Below are positions 24,422-37,795 of a DNA stretch of 64,000 nt, piece by piece. The position numbers were made by a program, and so were the translations under genes. This DNA comes from Octopus bimaculoides (lineage: Eukaryota), in contig NC_068984.1 in assembly GCF_001194135.2 (NCBI RefSeq), forward strand, positions 29,989,285 to 30,053,284, given 5' to 3'. Numbering within the stretch: position 1 is the first letter of the stretch; each line of letters begins with the position of its first letter. Under the pieces are notes generated by a model that saw only the letters and a program-made list of their open reading frames with translations, ran no database searches and was not told where the DNA came from.

Positions 24422-27400
24422 TATATATATATATATGTGTGTGTGTATATGTATACAAACTTATTAAATTAAAAACGATAGGATAATGATGATTAAAGTT
24501 TTATCTATTATGAAACATTGATTAATTCTTGAACTGCGTTGAAACGAGATATATATATTTCATTACAATAACCGTCATACTGATAAGGAATTCACGATAT
24601 TATTGGTTACCATGATTTTATGTGTTATTTCAGATTTTCTAAAAGCTGAAAAATTAATAATAAATATATATGCGTAAAATATTTATTCCATTTATAGCCA
24701 ACTTTAAGAGGCAATAGCAGTAAATATTGATAATATATAATCGAAAGCTTCAATGAAAGAGATGGAGAAATCTCTTTCTCTTATAAGTTTAAGTTTGTAT
24801 GTAGTATGTGTGTGTGTGTGATAAGAACTATTATATATTCATATATGTGTAAATATACGCATACACGCACAATAGGTATATACACACATATGCATACCCA
24901 CTCTCTCTCTCTCATTCACACGTATATAATTACTATTATCATTACCATAGAAGTATCAATTTTCGCAAGTTACCAAATGTACTTGCACTACACTATATCT
25001 CTACCTATCTGCATATTGCATAATCTCCAGTGACGTACATCGCTCTTTCCGATTTTACATAGGCATTTAATCGTAATGCTTTATTATTTCAATACTACTA
25101 TTGCAGCTTTCTTTCAGCAACTGGCAACAGAGTTTTGTTTGTAATTCAATCATATCATATGTTCAAAATGTGTACATTCTTTCCGCCAATGCAAATTGGC
25201 CAACTATTCTGTTATTCATATATCTTCGCATCTAACATCCACCCTCACTCCCTTAAATGTAAATATCACGATATGAACAATTCAAACTGAATTAGCACTT
25301 CTGCAACTGTTGCAGCTCTATTATATTTATAACCAGTTATAAGGTGCTATAAAACACTAACGTTTTTTTCTTCTCTGAAGCATTTCACTTCTTAAATTCC
25401 TGCACTTGATTCATTCCCTCAGTTTCTGTTATTTTCGGCGTCAATGTAATTATTTACACACTGCATCTAACGAATTTAGCTTTAGGATTCATAAAAAAGA
25501 CACTCGTTATCACTTTGTGTTTTATGTTGTAAGATTTCTGACGAAGAAATTAAGAAATATAATCTACTCTCTGTTAAGTGTTTGTTCTCATTTTAGGAAA
25601 ATGCTTTTCAGCGATTTTCAGAAGTGTGTTTCTTTGGTAATTTTATGAATGTATTTTCACTTGTGTACTTTGCCTATAGAGTAGCAGATAAGGGGTAGAT
25701 TAATCTAAATTGTGCTTCTTTTACTATTTTCTTGTATTCTCTCTTGTAACTTGTGACCAGCAATCAAATTTTCAGGTTAAATTACGAAAGAGTATATCTT
25801 GTCACTCTATGATCATTCAGGATTTCTTTGCTAAAATAGCAGAAAAAAAAAAGGAAAGAGAAAAAATAACTTAAACTGCACACTCATCTTACAAAACTCA
25901 CCTTACACTCACCTTACAAAATTTTAGAGAGATTAGTTACTGCACTTTTTCGGTTGGTAGTTGCTTCTCTTATGAAACATTGATTCATCCTTAATTGCTT
26001 TGCCAATGCGTATGGTTCAATAAAATACTTGGTCACCATTCTGGATTTCATTCTTGCTGGATTTTTGTGGCGTCAGGATGAATTTTATTCCCTTATTTCT
26101 TGAAATGGATCTCTCTCTGGCGTAATACCGCAACCACAAGCGTGTAACAACTCACAAACATCATATTAAGTATATTAAACCGATAATCTTCACATTAATG
26201 AGCTGCATCTAAGACAAAATTGGAACTTTGTTTTACATGCACGGCACTCTTGCACATCAGAAGTAGATTTTTTTTATTGTTTGTGTATACTTCTTGCTGA
26301 CGATATGAAATCGTGTCGGACGCGAAGTGTTTGTATGTAATTGAAATAAAAAATTGTGAAATATTGATATCCGTCGTTTTCGTTCACTCCCGGGCAGTTA
26401 CTTTTCCTATAACTTTAAAGTGTACTATGTTTTATAACCGAAAGCATCTTTAAATGGATTTCTACCAGACATGATATCGCAGCTACAAGCGTTTAAAAAT
26501 ACATTTACGTCAGGTATGTGATATCGATGATATGTATATACATGTGTGTGTATGTGAAACAAAATTTCGAATGTGTTAAAATGATTATGCAAGAAATTCA
26601 GTGAAGTTAACTATTTAATTAGAAACAGGTAACCGTTCTTTCTGAAACTCTGAGCATGTTAACAGACAGGCGTTCTGATTTTTTGTTGTGGGTTATCTCT
26701 ATTATATTATCAGTATTATGAACAGAAAAACAATTTGGATCAATGACATATAGAGGAATTAAAAGAAAGAAAAATTACATTAAGTACAACAAGACGTTTG
26801 AGAAGAATAGAGGCAAACGAATGATTTGTTGAAATACGTCTCGCAAATCTGATGAGTAAAGATAATATAAAAAAAGTATGCGACTTTAGAAGATGGGAAT
26901 AATGTCAAGTGTTGAACAAGAAAACGAAATAGCATGGAAGGGATGATGAGAAAAACAAAATACTATGTTACAAGTAATACCCAAATAGTGTTAGAAAACA
27001 AAGATACGACTTGATAATAAGTAAAAGGGTAGCTTGGAGCAGTAATTGATGAGATTGGATGAAAAGAAAGTATGAATAACATTATATATGTATATTCATT
27101 ATTGTATTGATTCCTATTGTTTTTAATAATAATTTCTTAGAAAGACGGTAGAGTGTTAAGAAACGATTTACAGCAAAACAAAAAGAAAAAAAATTAAAGA
27201 GTGAAGTAAAATTAAACATTGTGATGTATAATGAATAGACAGTGAACGAATATAGATCGTTAAAAGGTTTAAATATGTTGATATATAATGTTAAACGGTT
27301 GCTTGGGAATTATTTATGGAGCTTCTTTGCTGTAATGTATTGGTGTAATTTTCCCTAAGAAGCAACAATGAAGCATTGGCGGAATCAATCGAGCAAAAAT

Positions 27401-28650
27401 GAACGATCTTTATCAATTAGATTTCCAATGTTTGAAATTCTGAGATATTCGAAGCCAGGAATACTGGCTGGCTGGAATTTCCTTCACAACAAATTGTCAG
27501 CGATATATTTATATTAGCAACTCTTCACTGCTTGAATGCAAAAGATGTATTCATTTTATATATCACACAAAAGTAGGGGAAAAGAAAAGATAGCGAACAT
27601 CAAAGGCTTCAAACTAATTGAATTTAAATCGAACAATAATCTTCAGTTAAAAATATATATAAAATTCTAGGATAACAAAAACAACAACAACAAAAAAGAT
27701 GTATTTTCTATATACTTATTTGAATGCGATGTTATTGGTATCATCTGCATACATGTATGTGTCCGTATATATGTGTGTGTGTTATGAGTGTACATGTTTG
27801 TACACATCTTTGTTTAACAAGTGTATATTTATGGGAGATTAAATGCACATTCACGCACAAACACAGGAATACCCGCAAGCATGCACACGTACACATACAC
27901 AAGCAAAAGTACAGTGCATGTGTCTGCTCCAGCATATCGAGCATACAGACACAAAGGTGCCTGTATGCATACGTATGCATGTATATATGTCCTAGTATGA
28001 CTTTAATCTACATCCGCTTGTGGGGCCTTGATACGGAAGCGCCAGGATTTTGAGGAGTTCGGAACCACCTTTTTATCACTGTTGTTCACAAGTATACTCT
28101 GACAGAAAGTGGTAGTGCCTGTTTGGTTCCCAGCTATGGATTAATGAGCATGTAAATCACTGGGAGTTAAGGAATCTAATTCTTGTAAGGGCATTTTTCT
28201 AGATGGTAAACTCGAATAGAAAACCCGAAGTGCAGTTAGCTTCTGGCCGTTTCATCCTCTTTGTGCCGTTGATTTTGTAGCTGACATATAGTTGATTGTG
28301 CTGAAAAGTCGACTCAGTGCTGTACAACTTAAAACCTGAAGCATAGGAACTTTTTGGATTCTTGGCACTTTGCACGGGCGGACATAGGGTATCTTGGAAA
28401 TGTTCTTACTCTCTCACGAGTTGACTTCATGTATGTATGCAAAATAGGAGAGATATGTTTCTGTGCATAGTATANNNNNNNNNNNNNNNNNNNNNNNNNN
28501 NNNNNNNNNNNNNNNNNNNNNNNNNNNNNNNNNNNNNNNNNNNNNNNNNNNNNNNNNNNNNNNNNNNNNNNNNNNNNNNNNNNNNNNNNNNNNNNNNNNN
28601 NNNNNNNNNNNNNNNNNNNNNNNNNNNNNNNNNNNNNNNNNNNNNNNNNN

Positions 28651-28681
<31 letters not shown>

Positions 28682-29159
28682 CTGTGCGCGCGTGTGTGCA
28701 TGCGTGTACGTATGTGTGTGTGGAAATATGTACCATTGAAATACTTGCGGACGAATGAAAGCAATAGTAGTATCATAATCAAATTTAAGTATATAATTTA
28801 ACATTTCAAATTTGACTTTTGCTTCGGAGATAGCCAATATAAATATCATTCTAGGACGGGAAGGAACAGAACCGCTGATGGCAATGGAACCACGACTCTA
28901 TTGTTTTCTGGAAGATAGCTTCACCAATATATGACAGTGTGCATAGTATTTCGGCTTGGGAATTCGTGTAGATCATTTTTGCTACTTTAACTGGATTGAA
29001 GAATTCTTTCAGCTAAAAAATACGCAAACGTACTTAAAAATGGGTAGGCAATATATCTGAATAAGTAGGGCTTTGTTTGCAATCAAAGAGAGAAAACATC
29101 AGATCCTAGGAACACCTAATAGAGATCACTAGGAGTTAATTTGAAGATGACAGTGAAGC

Positions 29160-30060
29160 CCCATTAGGCCAAGCTTCTTCTGCTATAGCATGAGCTGCTA
29201 CACCTCCATGTTGCTGAGGTGTCTGCCACATTGTGTGTCTCTTTCTTTGTTGTTGAGGGTATTTATTGTTCCTGGTAGTGTATTGCATCAGTTTGTTTTG
29301 TCATTGGGCTTCGTTTGCAATCTTCTGTTGCATTAGTGTTTCTATTGTGTGTTGTGTGCGTAATGCAAGTTGTGACATTTTGGGGGTTATCAGCCTGTTG
29401 GTGGTTGTTTATTTTATTCGATATTTGCTATATAGAGTGTGTCTTGTGTTTGGAGATTGCTTTGTTTGGAGTCACAAATTGAATTACTAGAGTCTTGTGT
29501 AGGATGTGGGCTGTTCCTATCAGGGCTATATTTTAGATAGTGTGTAGCGTTGAGGGCTCAGGTATAACATTACGATTTTGTTCATATGTTGTTTTATTTA
29601 TCATGCCCAGTGCTCCAGCTATTACTTCTATTGTTTACACCTGCATGCCCCTCATCTTGAACACTTCGGGGTCCTTGTGCTTTGACAATGTCTCTACTTC
29701 TTTTTAGGCATTTTTTTGTCAGAAGGGACTGCAATGTCTATCAGTATGTGGGGTTTTTTCTTCCAATCCTTGAATAATATGTCTAGGTAATTAGTTTTTT
29801 TTTTTTTAACAGGCTTATCCCAGATGATTGTAGCCTGGTTATTGTAGCCTGGTTTTTGTCATTTACCTTGCTTGGCTCCTGGTTATACCATTTCTTGTCA
29901 ATTTTTGTGTTATAGTGTTGTCATCCATAGTCTTACAAATCTCTTCATCTCCCTTGATAGTTCTTGACAGTTTTCAATTATCTGAATTGTATAGGTATCC
30001 GCTGTATTATAACATGGGATTGCAAAGTCTATATTCTTACTCTGTATACAATCATTACAG
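29160..30060 (-). mobile_element. Old R4/Dong-like retrotransposon 3' fragment
   Basis: Frameshifted minus translation LDILFKDWKKKPHILIDIAVPSDK...TLSKHKDPE...EVIAGALGMI (RLE region); bounded by (CAT)n at 30067-30123. Confidence 0.7.
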
Positions 30061-30090
30061 TAATAACATCACCATCATCATCATCACCAC

Positions 30091-30123
<33 letters not shown>

Positions 30124-30663
30124 GGAGTGAGAGAGTAATACATGCCATCGAAGTGATACTGGTGTACAAATATACATATATACCAATCATGACTACCCGT
30201 CAGATAAGGGTAGTCGAAGCACATGCATCACAAACATATATGCGCATCATGGTGACCTCATATCAAAATAAACAGTGCATGACTTTGCATGGGAGGCCAT
30301 GTTAGAAATTTCTTCAGGTCGAGTAGCTCACCCAGCTAAAAAGGGTCGTTGAAGGAAGATGAACAAACCATCCATGTTTTCAGTAGTGAATTACTTAAAT
30401 CCCAAAGAATTTCTCTCAACACATAGTTATGATGCTCCCCCTTTTACTCCTGCTCGTGAGCAGCAATGTACGTATCGTTAGTCACTAAGGGACATGCTCA
30501 ATCGGTTAAGGTCATGCAGCAACTGATAGGGAAATCTGTGGTATAGCACAGAATATTTGATATAGCCCATCTTTTATACCAGTACTAACTATGTATATGG
30601 TAATACTTTTCAATCTGTAAAAATCAAAAGCCATGCGAGGCAGTGTCCATTACTGCATCAAGG
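30124..30663. mobile_element. Unclassified non-coding interspersed repeat between (CAT)n and (TAT)n tracts
   Basis: About 540 bp of complex sequence bracketed by trinucleotide microsatellites inside the LINE cluster, with no ORF. Its repeat status is inferred, not shown by a second copy in the window. Confidence 0.35.
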
Positions 30664-30682
30664 CTATTATTATTATTATTAT

Positions 30683-31878
30683 TTTATGTTTGACTTTTGT
30701 TTTGCATTTGTACAAGTTGGATCCAAGTCTCACCCAGAGACCTCAAGAGACAACAAGTTAGAAGTTCATGTAGGTGTTATACCTAGGGTACCATATATTT
30801 GGATTTGTACAGTTTTGTTCAAGTGAATGTTTAAGAAACCATAAGAAAATTATGTGTTTGCTTTAAAATTTGAGATCACATAGACAGTATTTTACGTAGG
30901 ATATGGGCAGTTCCCATGAGCACTATCTTTTGAACTTCAACCATTTTGGGGTTTCCTGGTATCTGTCATTCCCAGGGCACCTATGACAATAGGTATTGTT
31001 TTCGTCTTCAGNNNNNNNNNNNNNNNNNNNNNNNNNNNNNNNNNNNNNNNNNNNNNNNNNNNNNNNNNNNNNNNNNNNNNNNNNNNNNNNNNNNNNNNNN
31101 NNNNNNNNNNNNNNNNNNNNNNNNNNNNNNNNNNNNNNNNNNNNNNNNNNNNNNNNNNNNNNNNNNNNNNNNNNNNNNNNNNNNNNNNNNNNNNNNNNNN
31201 NNNNNNNNNNNNNNNNNNNNNNNNNNNNNNNNNNNNNNNNNNNNNNNNNNNNNNNNNNNNNNNNNNNNNNNNNNNNNNNNNNNNNNNNNNNNNNNNNNNN
31301 NNNNNNNNNNNNNNNNNNNNNNNNNNNNNNNNNNNNNNNNNNNNNNNNNNNNNNNNNNNNNNNNNNNNNNNNNNNNNNNNNNNNNNNNNNNNNNNNNNNN
31401 NNNNNNNNNNNNNNNNNNNNNNNNNNNNNNNNNNNNNNNNNNNNNNNNNNNNNNNNNNNNNNNNNNNNNNNNNNNNNNNNNNNNNNNNNNNNNNNNNNNN
31501 NNNNNNNNNNNNNNNNNNNNNNNNNNNNNNNNNNNNNNNNNNNNNNNNNNNNNNNNNNNNNNNNNNNNNNNNNNNNNNNNNNNNNNNNNNNNNNNNNNNN
31601 NNNNNNNNNNNNNNNNNNNNNNNNNNNNNNNNNNNNNNNNNNNNNNNNNNNNNNNNNNNNNNNNNNNNNNNNNNNNNNNNNNNNNNNNNNNNNNNNNNNN
31701 GTTGTTGGCATATACGACATAATGGGGAGCTGCCGTTCTTTAATATGTTGGCCTGGTAGTTCTTTGTAGGTAGGCATTGATCTTGGGCTGCTATGATAAA
31801 CCCCTCTGTTTCTGATTTCAAGCCAGAGGCCATTAACCATTGATGGGTAAGGGCTTTGTCAATATCTGCATTATTCGC
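30683..31878 (-). mobile_element. R4/Dong-like retrotransposon 3' fragment (mostly gap 31012-31700)
   Basis: ANNADIDKALTHQWLMASGLKSETEGFIIAAQDQCLPT...LCRICQQ and KTKTIPIVIGALGM; 3' UTR ends in a TAA tail (30665-30682); 5' end abuts (TTA)n at 31879-31989. Confidence 0.9.
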
Positions 31879-32405
<527 letters not shown>

Positions 32406-32743
32406 ATAATATGAGAAATATGTTTGCAGGTTATTAACATCACGCCCTGGACGAATGAAGAAGATGACAGGAGAATATCATCAAATTTATACAAAACTGT
32501 TTGATTAAATATTCGTCTTTCTCTTTTTCTTTCCTTTTTTCTGTCGTCTTCTTTTTCTATTTTTTCTGTCTTTTTCTTTTCACCTGTTATAAAATTGTAA
32601 CTTAAAAACTGATGATGTCATTCCATCAACGTGTGGACCCTGGTTGCACTCGTTCATACTTTACGTTTAGTTTTCTGTAATTTTGAATTTTTATCACTTC
32701 TCATTTTTAACTTACAATCGAATCGCGCTCTTCAACTTTATTA

Positions 32744-32844
<101 letters not shown>

Positions 32845-32850
32845 TTATCA

Positions 32851-32990
32851 TAGATTCCACATTCGAGTTACTTCTATTTCCAAGACTTTGTATTTTTAAA
32901 GTTCATCCATTTTTTTTAGGGAAACGTTGTCATCTGCTGGTATTAATACATCAATTAGAAAGCATTTTTTTTTCTTCATGATCTTTGACA
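32851..32990 (-). mobile_element. Inverted 140-bp RLE fragment homologous to 33282-33422
   Basis: Reverse complement aligns to 33282-33422 with scattered substitutions; flanked on the left by (TTA)n at about 32742-32845. Confidence 0.85.
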
Positions 32991-33645
32991 TATAATGAAA
33001 TGAAGTATAAGTAACTGCAGAATATGTGGAGATGGACAAGAAACAATGAATCATATTATCTCTGGCTGCCCAGTTCTGGCTAAGAAGGAATGTATTCACA
33101 GATACGACAGAGTTGGGACCTATATACACTGGAAGCTATGCCAACACTATGGGAATAACAAGAGAAAAAGATAGTATAAGCACACTCCAGAAAAGGTGAA
33201 AGAAAATGAGAAAGCAACCATACTATGGGATATACCAATACACACAGATAGAGAAATTAAAGCCAATAGGCCAGATATAGTTGTCAGAGATCATGAAGAA
33301 AAATATATGCTTTCTAATTGATGTATCAATACCAGCAGATGACATTGTTTCTCTAAAAGAAATGGAGAAACTTTCAAAATACAAAGACCTGGAAATAGAG
33401 GTAACTCGAATGTGGGATCTAAAAACAGAAGCAATCCCAATCATAGTGGGCGCATTAGGTATGATAAAACATATTCAGACAAATATATAACAAGAACACC
33501 AGGACTTACAAATATATATGTAACACAGACAATTGCACTACTGGGCACTAACAATAAGGGCATCACAGCAAACCACAGCACATACCTAAGGCACACAGAG
33601 CTGCGCTCGGTAGTGAAGTGAAAGCACGTTATAGAACTAAAACTA

Positions 33646-33648
<3 letters not shown>
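32991..33648 (+). mobile_element. R4/Dong-like retrotransposon 3' fragment (CCHC, RLE, 3' UTR) with (TAA)n tail
   Basis: CRICGDGQETMNHIISGCP...HWKLC...ILWDIPIHTDREIKANRPDIVV / IDVSIPADD...LSKYKDLEIE...GALGMI; tail at 33649-33714. Confidence 0.92.
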
Positions 33649-33714
<66 letters not shown>

Positions 33715-33715
<1 letters not shown>

Positions 33716-34815
33716 GTCGATTACTGAAATATGTAATGTTGACAGAAAAATACGAAAACAGTTGACAATGCATAGAATGCACCACCCTAAGGCAGACTTA
33801 GAACGTCTTTATCTACCAAGAAAAGAGGGAGGCCGTGAACTTCTACAGCTGGTATTAACAATGAAGGTAGCCACAATTGGCCTAGACACCTATCTGAAAA
33901 ACACTGAGGACTGGATGCTAAAACTTGTCTCAAAACATGAAAGCAAGAAAGCATCTTACTCAGTAACAAAACAGGCAAAGGAATATCTAAGTGAATTCCA
34001 ATTGCAACAAATTCAAGAATTAGACGAATTAGAAACACCTGCAGAAAAGGCTAAAATTACTGCCTTAGATATTATGACTGCAAAATGGCATGGAAAACCT
34101 CTCAATGGCAAATACCCAAAGAGAGCGAATAATGCAGATATTGACAAAGCCCTTACCCATCAATGGCTAATGGCCTCTGGCTTGAAATCAGAAACAGAGG
34201 GGTTTATCATAGCAGCCCAAGATCAATGCCTACCTACAAAGAACTACCAGGCCAACATATTAAAGAACGGCAGCTCCCCATTATGTCGTATATGCCAACA
34301 ACAAAATGAGACCATCTATCATGTTGTCTCCATGTGCAGTCTGCTTGCGCCTACAGAGTATCTCAACAGGCATGATGGAGCTGCACGATATATCCACTGG
34401 GTAATATGCAGAAACCTGGACTTGCCCCATGATAAAAACTGGTGGGAACACAAACCACCCCCAGTACTTGAAAATGATCACATCGCACTTCACCATTCAA
34501 ACTGACAGAAAGATAGATGCAAATAGGCCAGACATCATACTGAAAGACTTCAGACAAAAATCATGCCTCCTCATTGATGTGACATTCCCAATCGATATAA
34601 ATGTATCTGTCAAGACCTACCAAAAACTGAGCAAATATAAAGATCTTGAAATAGAAATTAGCAAAATGTGGAATCTGAGGACGAAAACAATACCTNNNNN
34701 NNNNNATCTTGAAATAGAAATTAGCAAAATGTGGAATCTGAGGACGAAAACAATACCTATTGTCATAGGTGCCCTGGGAATGACAGATACCAGGAAACCC
34801 CAAAATGGCTGAAGT
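33715..34815 (+). mobile_element. R4/Dong-like retrotransposon fragment (post-RT, CCHC, RLE)
   Basis: ORF 33762-34505 has HHPKADLERLYLPRKEGGR and CRICQQQNETIYHVVSMC; frameshifted continuation has NRPDIILKD...IDVTFP...SKYKDLEIE. Begins immediately after the (TAA)n tract. Confidence 0.95.
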
Positions 34816-34851
34816 TGAATGGTGAAGTTCCAGAGGAGTGCAATGTGATCA

Positions 34852-35086
34852 TATGTGTGTGTGTATGTTTGTATGTGTGTGTTTGTCCCCCCAACATCGC
34901 TTGACAACCGATGCTGGTGTGTTTATGTCCCCGTAACTTAGCGGTTCGGCAAAATAGATCGATAGAATGAGTACTAGGCTTCTAAAGAATAAGTCCTGGG
35001 GTCGATTTGCTCGACTAAAAGGCGGTGCTCCAGCATGGCCACAGTCAAAAGACCGAACCAAGTAAAAGAGTAAAAAGAGTAAAGAG
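34852..35086 (+). mobile_element. SINE family A, 3' half with AAAAGAGT tail
   Basis: Homologous to the reverse complement of 39072-39300 (shared CGTAACTTAGCGGTTCGGCAAAA and GGCGGTGCTCC); ends in repeated AAAAGAGT. Confidence 0.8.
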
Positions 35087-35316
35087 TTATTCGATAAATG
35101 CAGACCAATAAACTGACTTCGGCAATGGATTAATATAATCAACTAAAATTACTGATGGCTTAGTCTAAACATGGCTTCACTCCTATGTCTGAACATAATA
35201 GAAAGTGTAGACTTCCTACAGATATGAAATAATATTCTCAATAGTTTCCGGACAGAGAGAATAAGGGACATTGAAAGCTGAAATTAATTTCTCTATTCAT
35301 TCATCTATTTTAAGGC

Positions 35317-35365
<49 letters not shown>

Positions 35366-36826
35366 GTCATCGTCATCATACATTTATGCTAATTTTGAGC
35401 CTGCAAGCTCATATGGTCACCGCTTACCCCGTTTCCATGGACTATAAGCAGTTCAGAGAACAAAATCCCTGACGGGGTGGATTTCTCGCAGAAATAACCA
35501 TATAAACACTGTTGGTACATATATCAATCATCAGCATGCACCAATTAAAATCCATGTAATATACATATAATAAAATATGTGAACTACGTTGAGATATTAC
35601 AGTTCTATATTTAAGAGATGAGGAATTATTTACATTATTTACATTATTTACATTTGACGGATATCGCAAGCCAACCTTCACTGGACGATACCTTAACTTC
35701 AATTCCCACCATCCATACAGTGTAAAGAGAGGAATTGCTCAGTACCTAAAACACCGAGCAAAGAATATAAGTAGCGATCGTGATACCCACCACGAGGAAA
35801 TGATCAAGCTCAGTAACAATCTATTAAGAAACAACTACCCCAAGAACATACTATCTACTCCAATTATGAAGAAAAGAGAGGATGAAACCAATAAACTGTC
35901 TACAGTCTGTCTNNNNNNNNNNNNNNNNNNNNNNNNNNNNNNNNNNNNNNNNNNNNNNNNNNNNNNNNNNNNNNNNNNNNNNNNNNNNNNNNNNNNNNNN
36001 NNNNNNNNNNNNNNNNNNNNNNNNNNNNNNNNNNNNNNNNNNNNNNNNNNNNNNNNNNNNNNNNNNNNNNNNNNNNNNNNNNNNNNNNNNNNNNNNNNNN
36101 NNNNNNNNNNNNNNNNNNNNNNNNNNNNNNNNNNNNNNNNNNNNNNNNNNNNNNNNNNNNNNNNNNNNNNNNNNNNNNNNNNNNNNNNNNNNNNNNNNNN
36201 NNNNNNNNNNNNNNNNNNNNNNNNNNNNNNNNNNNNNNNNNNNNNNNNNNNNNNNNNNNNNNNNNNNNNNNNNNNNNNNNNNNNNNNNNNNNNNNNNNNN
36301 NNNNNNNNNNNNNNNNNNNNNNNNNNNNNNNNNNNNNNNNNNNNNNNNNNNNNNNNNNNNNNNNNNNNNNNNNNNNNNNNNNNNNNNNNNNNNNNNNNNN
36401 NNNNNNNNNNNNNNNNNNNNNNNNNNNNNNNNNNNNNNNNNNNNNNNNNNNNNNNNNNNNNNNNNNNNNNNNNNNNNNNNNNNNNNNNNNNNNNNNNNNN
36501 NNNNNNNNNNNNNNNNNNNNNNNNNNNNNNNNNNNNNNNNNNNNNNNNNNNNNNNNNNNNNNNNNNNNNNNNNNNNNNNNNNNNNNNNNNNNNNNNNNNN
36601 NNNNNNNNNNNNNNNNNNNNNNNNNNNNNNNNNNNNNNNNNNNNNNNNNNNNNNNNNNNNNNNNNNNNNNNNNNNNNNNNNNNNNNNNNNNNNNNNNNNN
36701 NNNNNNNNNNNNNNNNNNNNNNNNNNNNNGAGTGCAGATATGAATAGCATATGGGAACCGGTATTGAGGAAGGATAGAAAAATAATAGATTTATAAGCCT
36801 TAAAATTCACCCCATAATTGCCCACG

Positions 36827-36900
36827 GGCATATGGCGTAGTGGTTAAGAGCGCCGCCTACTAACGCCAAGGTTCTGAGTTCGATTCACGGCAGCGACCTG
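36827..36900 (+). mobile_element. tRNA-derived Pol III-type head inside the PLE 3' region
   Basis: TGGCGTAGTGG (A box, 36833-36843) and GAGTTCGATTC (B box, 36876-36886), followed by a (TAA)-rich tract. Confidence 0.65.
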
Positions 36901-36983
36901 ATTAATAATAATAGTAATATAATAATAATAATAATAATAGTAACATCGATAGGAATGAGAACCCAGGTTCGAAATTTCCCCAA

Positions 36984-37030
36984 GACACCCGACGAAGGCT
37001 GGAGGGTATATCAGCCGAACCGTTGTGTTA
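36984..37030 (+). ncRNA. Decayed minimal type-I hammerhead ribozyme in the PLE terminal repeat
   Basis: Stem I GACAC/GTGTT, core CCGACGA (U4C relative to CUGANGA), perfect stem II GGCTG/CAGCC, and GAAC in place of GAAA. Confidence 0.7.
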
Positions 37031-37477
37031 ACAACAAACAAGATGAGGACGAATATCCGTCAAATGTAAATTACGTTGAGATATGTTGATTACAAATGTT
37101 TCTACATCTAAAACAATCTGTGATCTCTCTCTTCATCTCTTTAATATCACTCTCTTTGCTTTTCTTTTTCTTTTTTTCTTCTTTATTCCGCTTCCTTTGT
37201 TCGATTTGACCTTACAAATACATTCCCTGCTTTTAGCGCACTTTGAATAAACCCTCGATTCAATTGCACTGTGTACAAACTCTATACTTGGAATGACCAA
37301 TTTTAAATACTATTGGATTTTACCCACAAGGTATTGGAATCTTATACCATTCTGCCTAAATAATGGATCTACAAATGCAACATCCCTGCATATCTCACAT
37401 CTATTTTCATTCCTCCACTTCACTCTCTATTTCATTTCTTATCTAAATGAACTATTGCTTAACCATCTTCTGACACT

Positions 37478-37525
37478 GTCTCCGATGAAGGGATATATAA
37501 AATATCCCGGAAACAGTTGTAAGAC
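37478..37525 (+). ncRNA. Minimal type-I hammerhead-like motif, second PLE-type family
   Basis: Stem I GTCT/AGAC, core CCGATGA, 7-bp stem II GGGATAT/ATATCCC, GAAAC, near-palindromic stem III ACAGTTGT, GUA cleavage triplet ending at 37521. Confidence 0.65.
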
Positions 37526-37762
37526 CTTCTATTTCTAAGTGTTCTAAATTATTCACAGCCTTGGTTTTTTATCTCATTATGAAAAATATATATATATAAA
37601 CACATGCTGATATATGACCTAAGTTGGACTCCTTATTCGCATAATCACTGAACCTGGAGCCTAACTATCGTCTGTCTATAGCACTTACTCAGCATTACCT
37701 GACACCTTTGGGTCTTATTGACACCATTACCTCTCATACCTCTCTCTTTCTATCTCTCTCTC

Positions 37763-37795
<33 letters not shown>

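Larger units (their letters stand above)
35598..37071 (+). mobile_element. Penelope-like element (PLE), 5'-truncated, with inverted terminal segment and 13-bp TSD
   Basis: TACGTTGAGATAT at 35585-35597 and 37072-37084. YRKPTFTGRYLNFNSHHPYSVKRG...NNYPKN is the PLE RT thumb motif. The ORF end MNSIWEPVL follows the gap. 35598-35664 is the reverse complement of the 3' terminus plus extra sequence. Confidence 0.92.

Noticed and set aside
25900-26210. Short protein-like minus-strand frames (CELLHACGCGITPERDPFQ; MKSRMVTKYFIEPY)
   Set aside because: Interrupted by stops, no family recognised and no consistent splice boundaries.
34646-34756. 50-bp direct duplication around an 11-N gap
   Set aside because: Typical unmerged contig overlap, so an assembly artefact.
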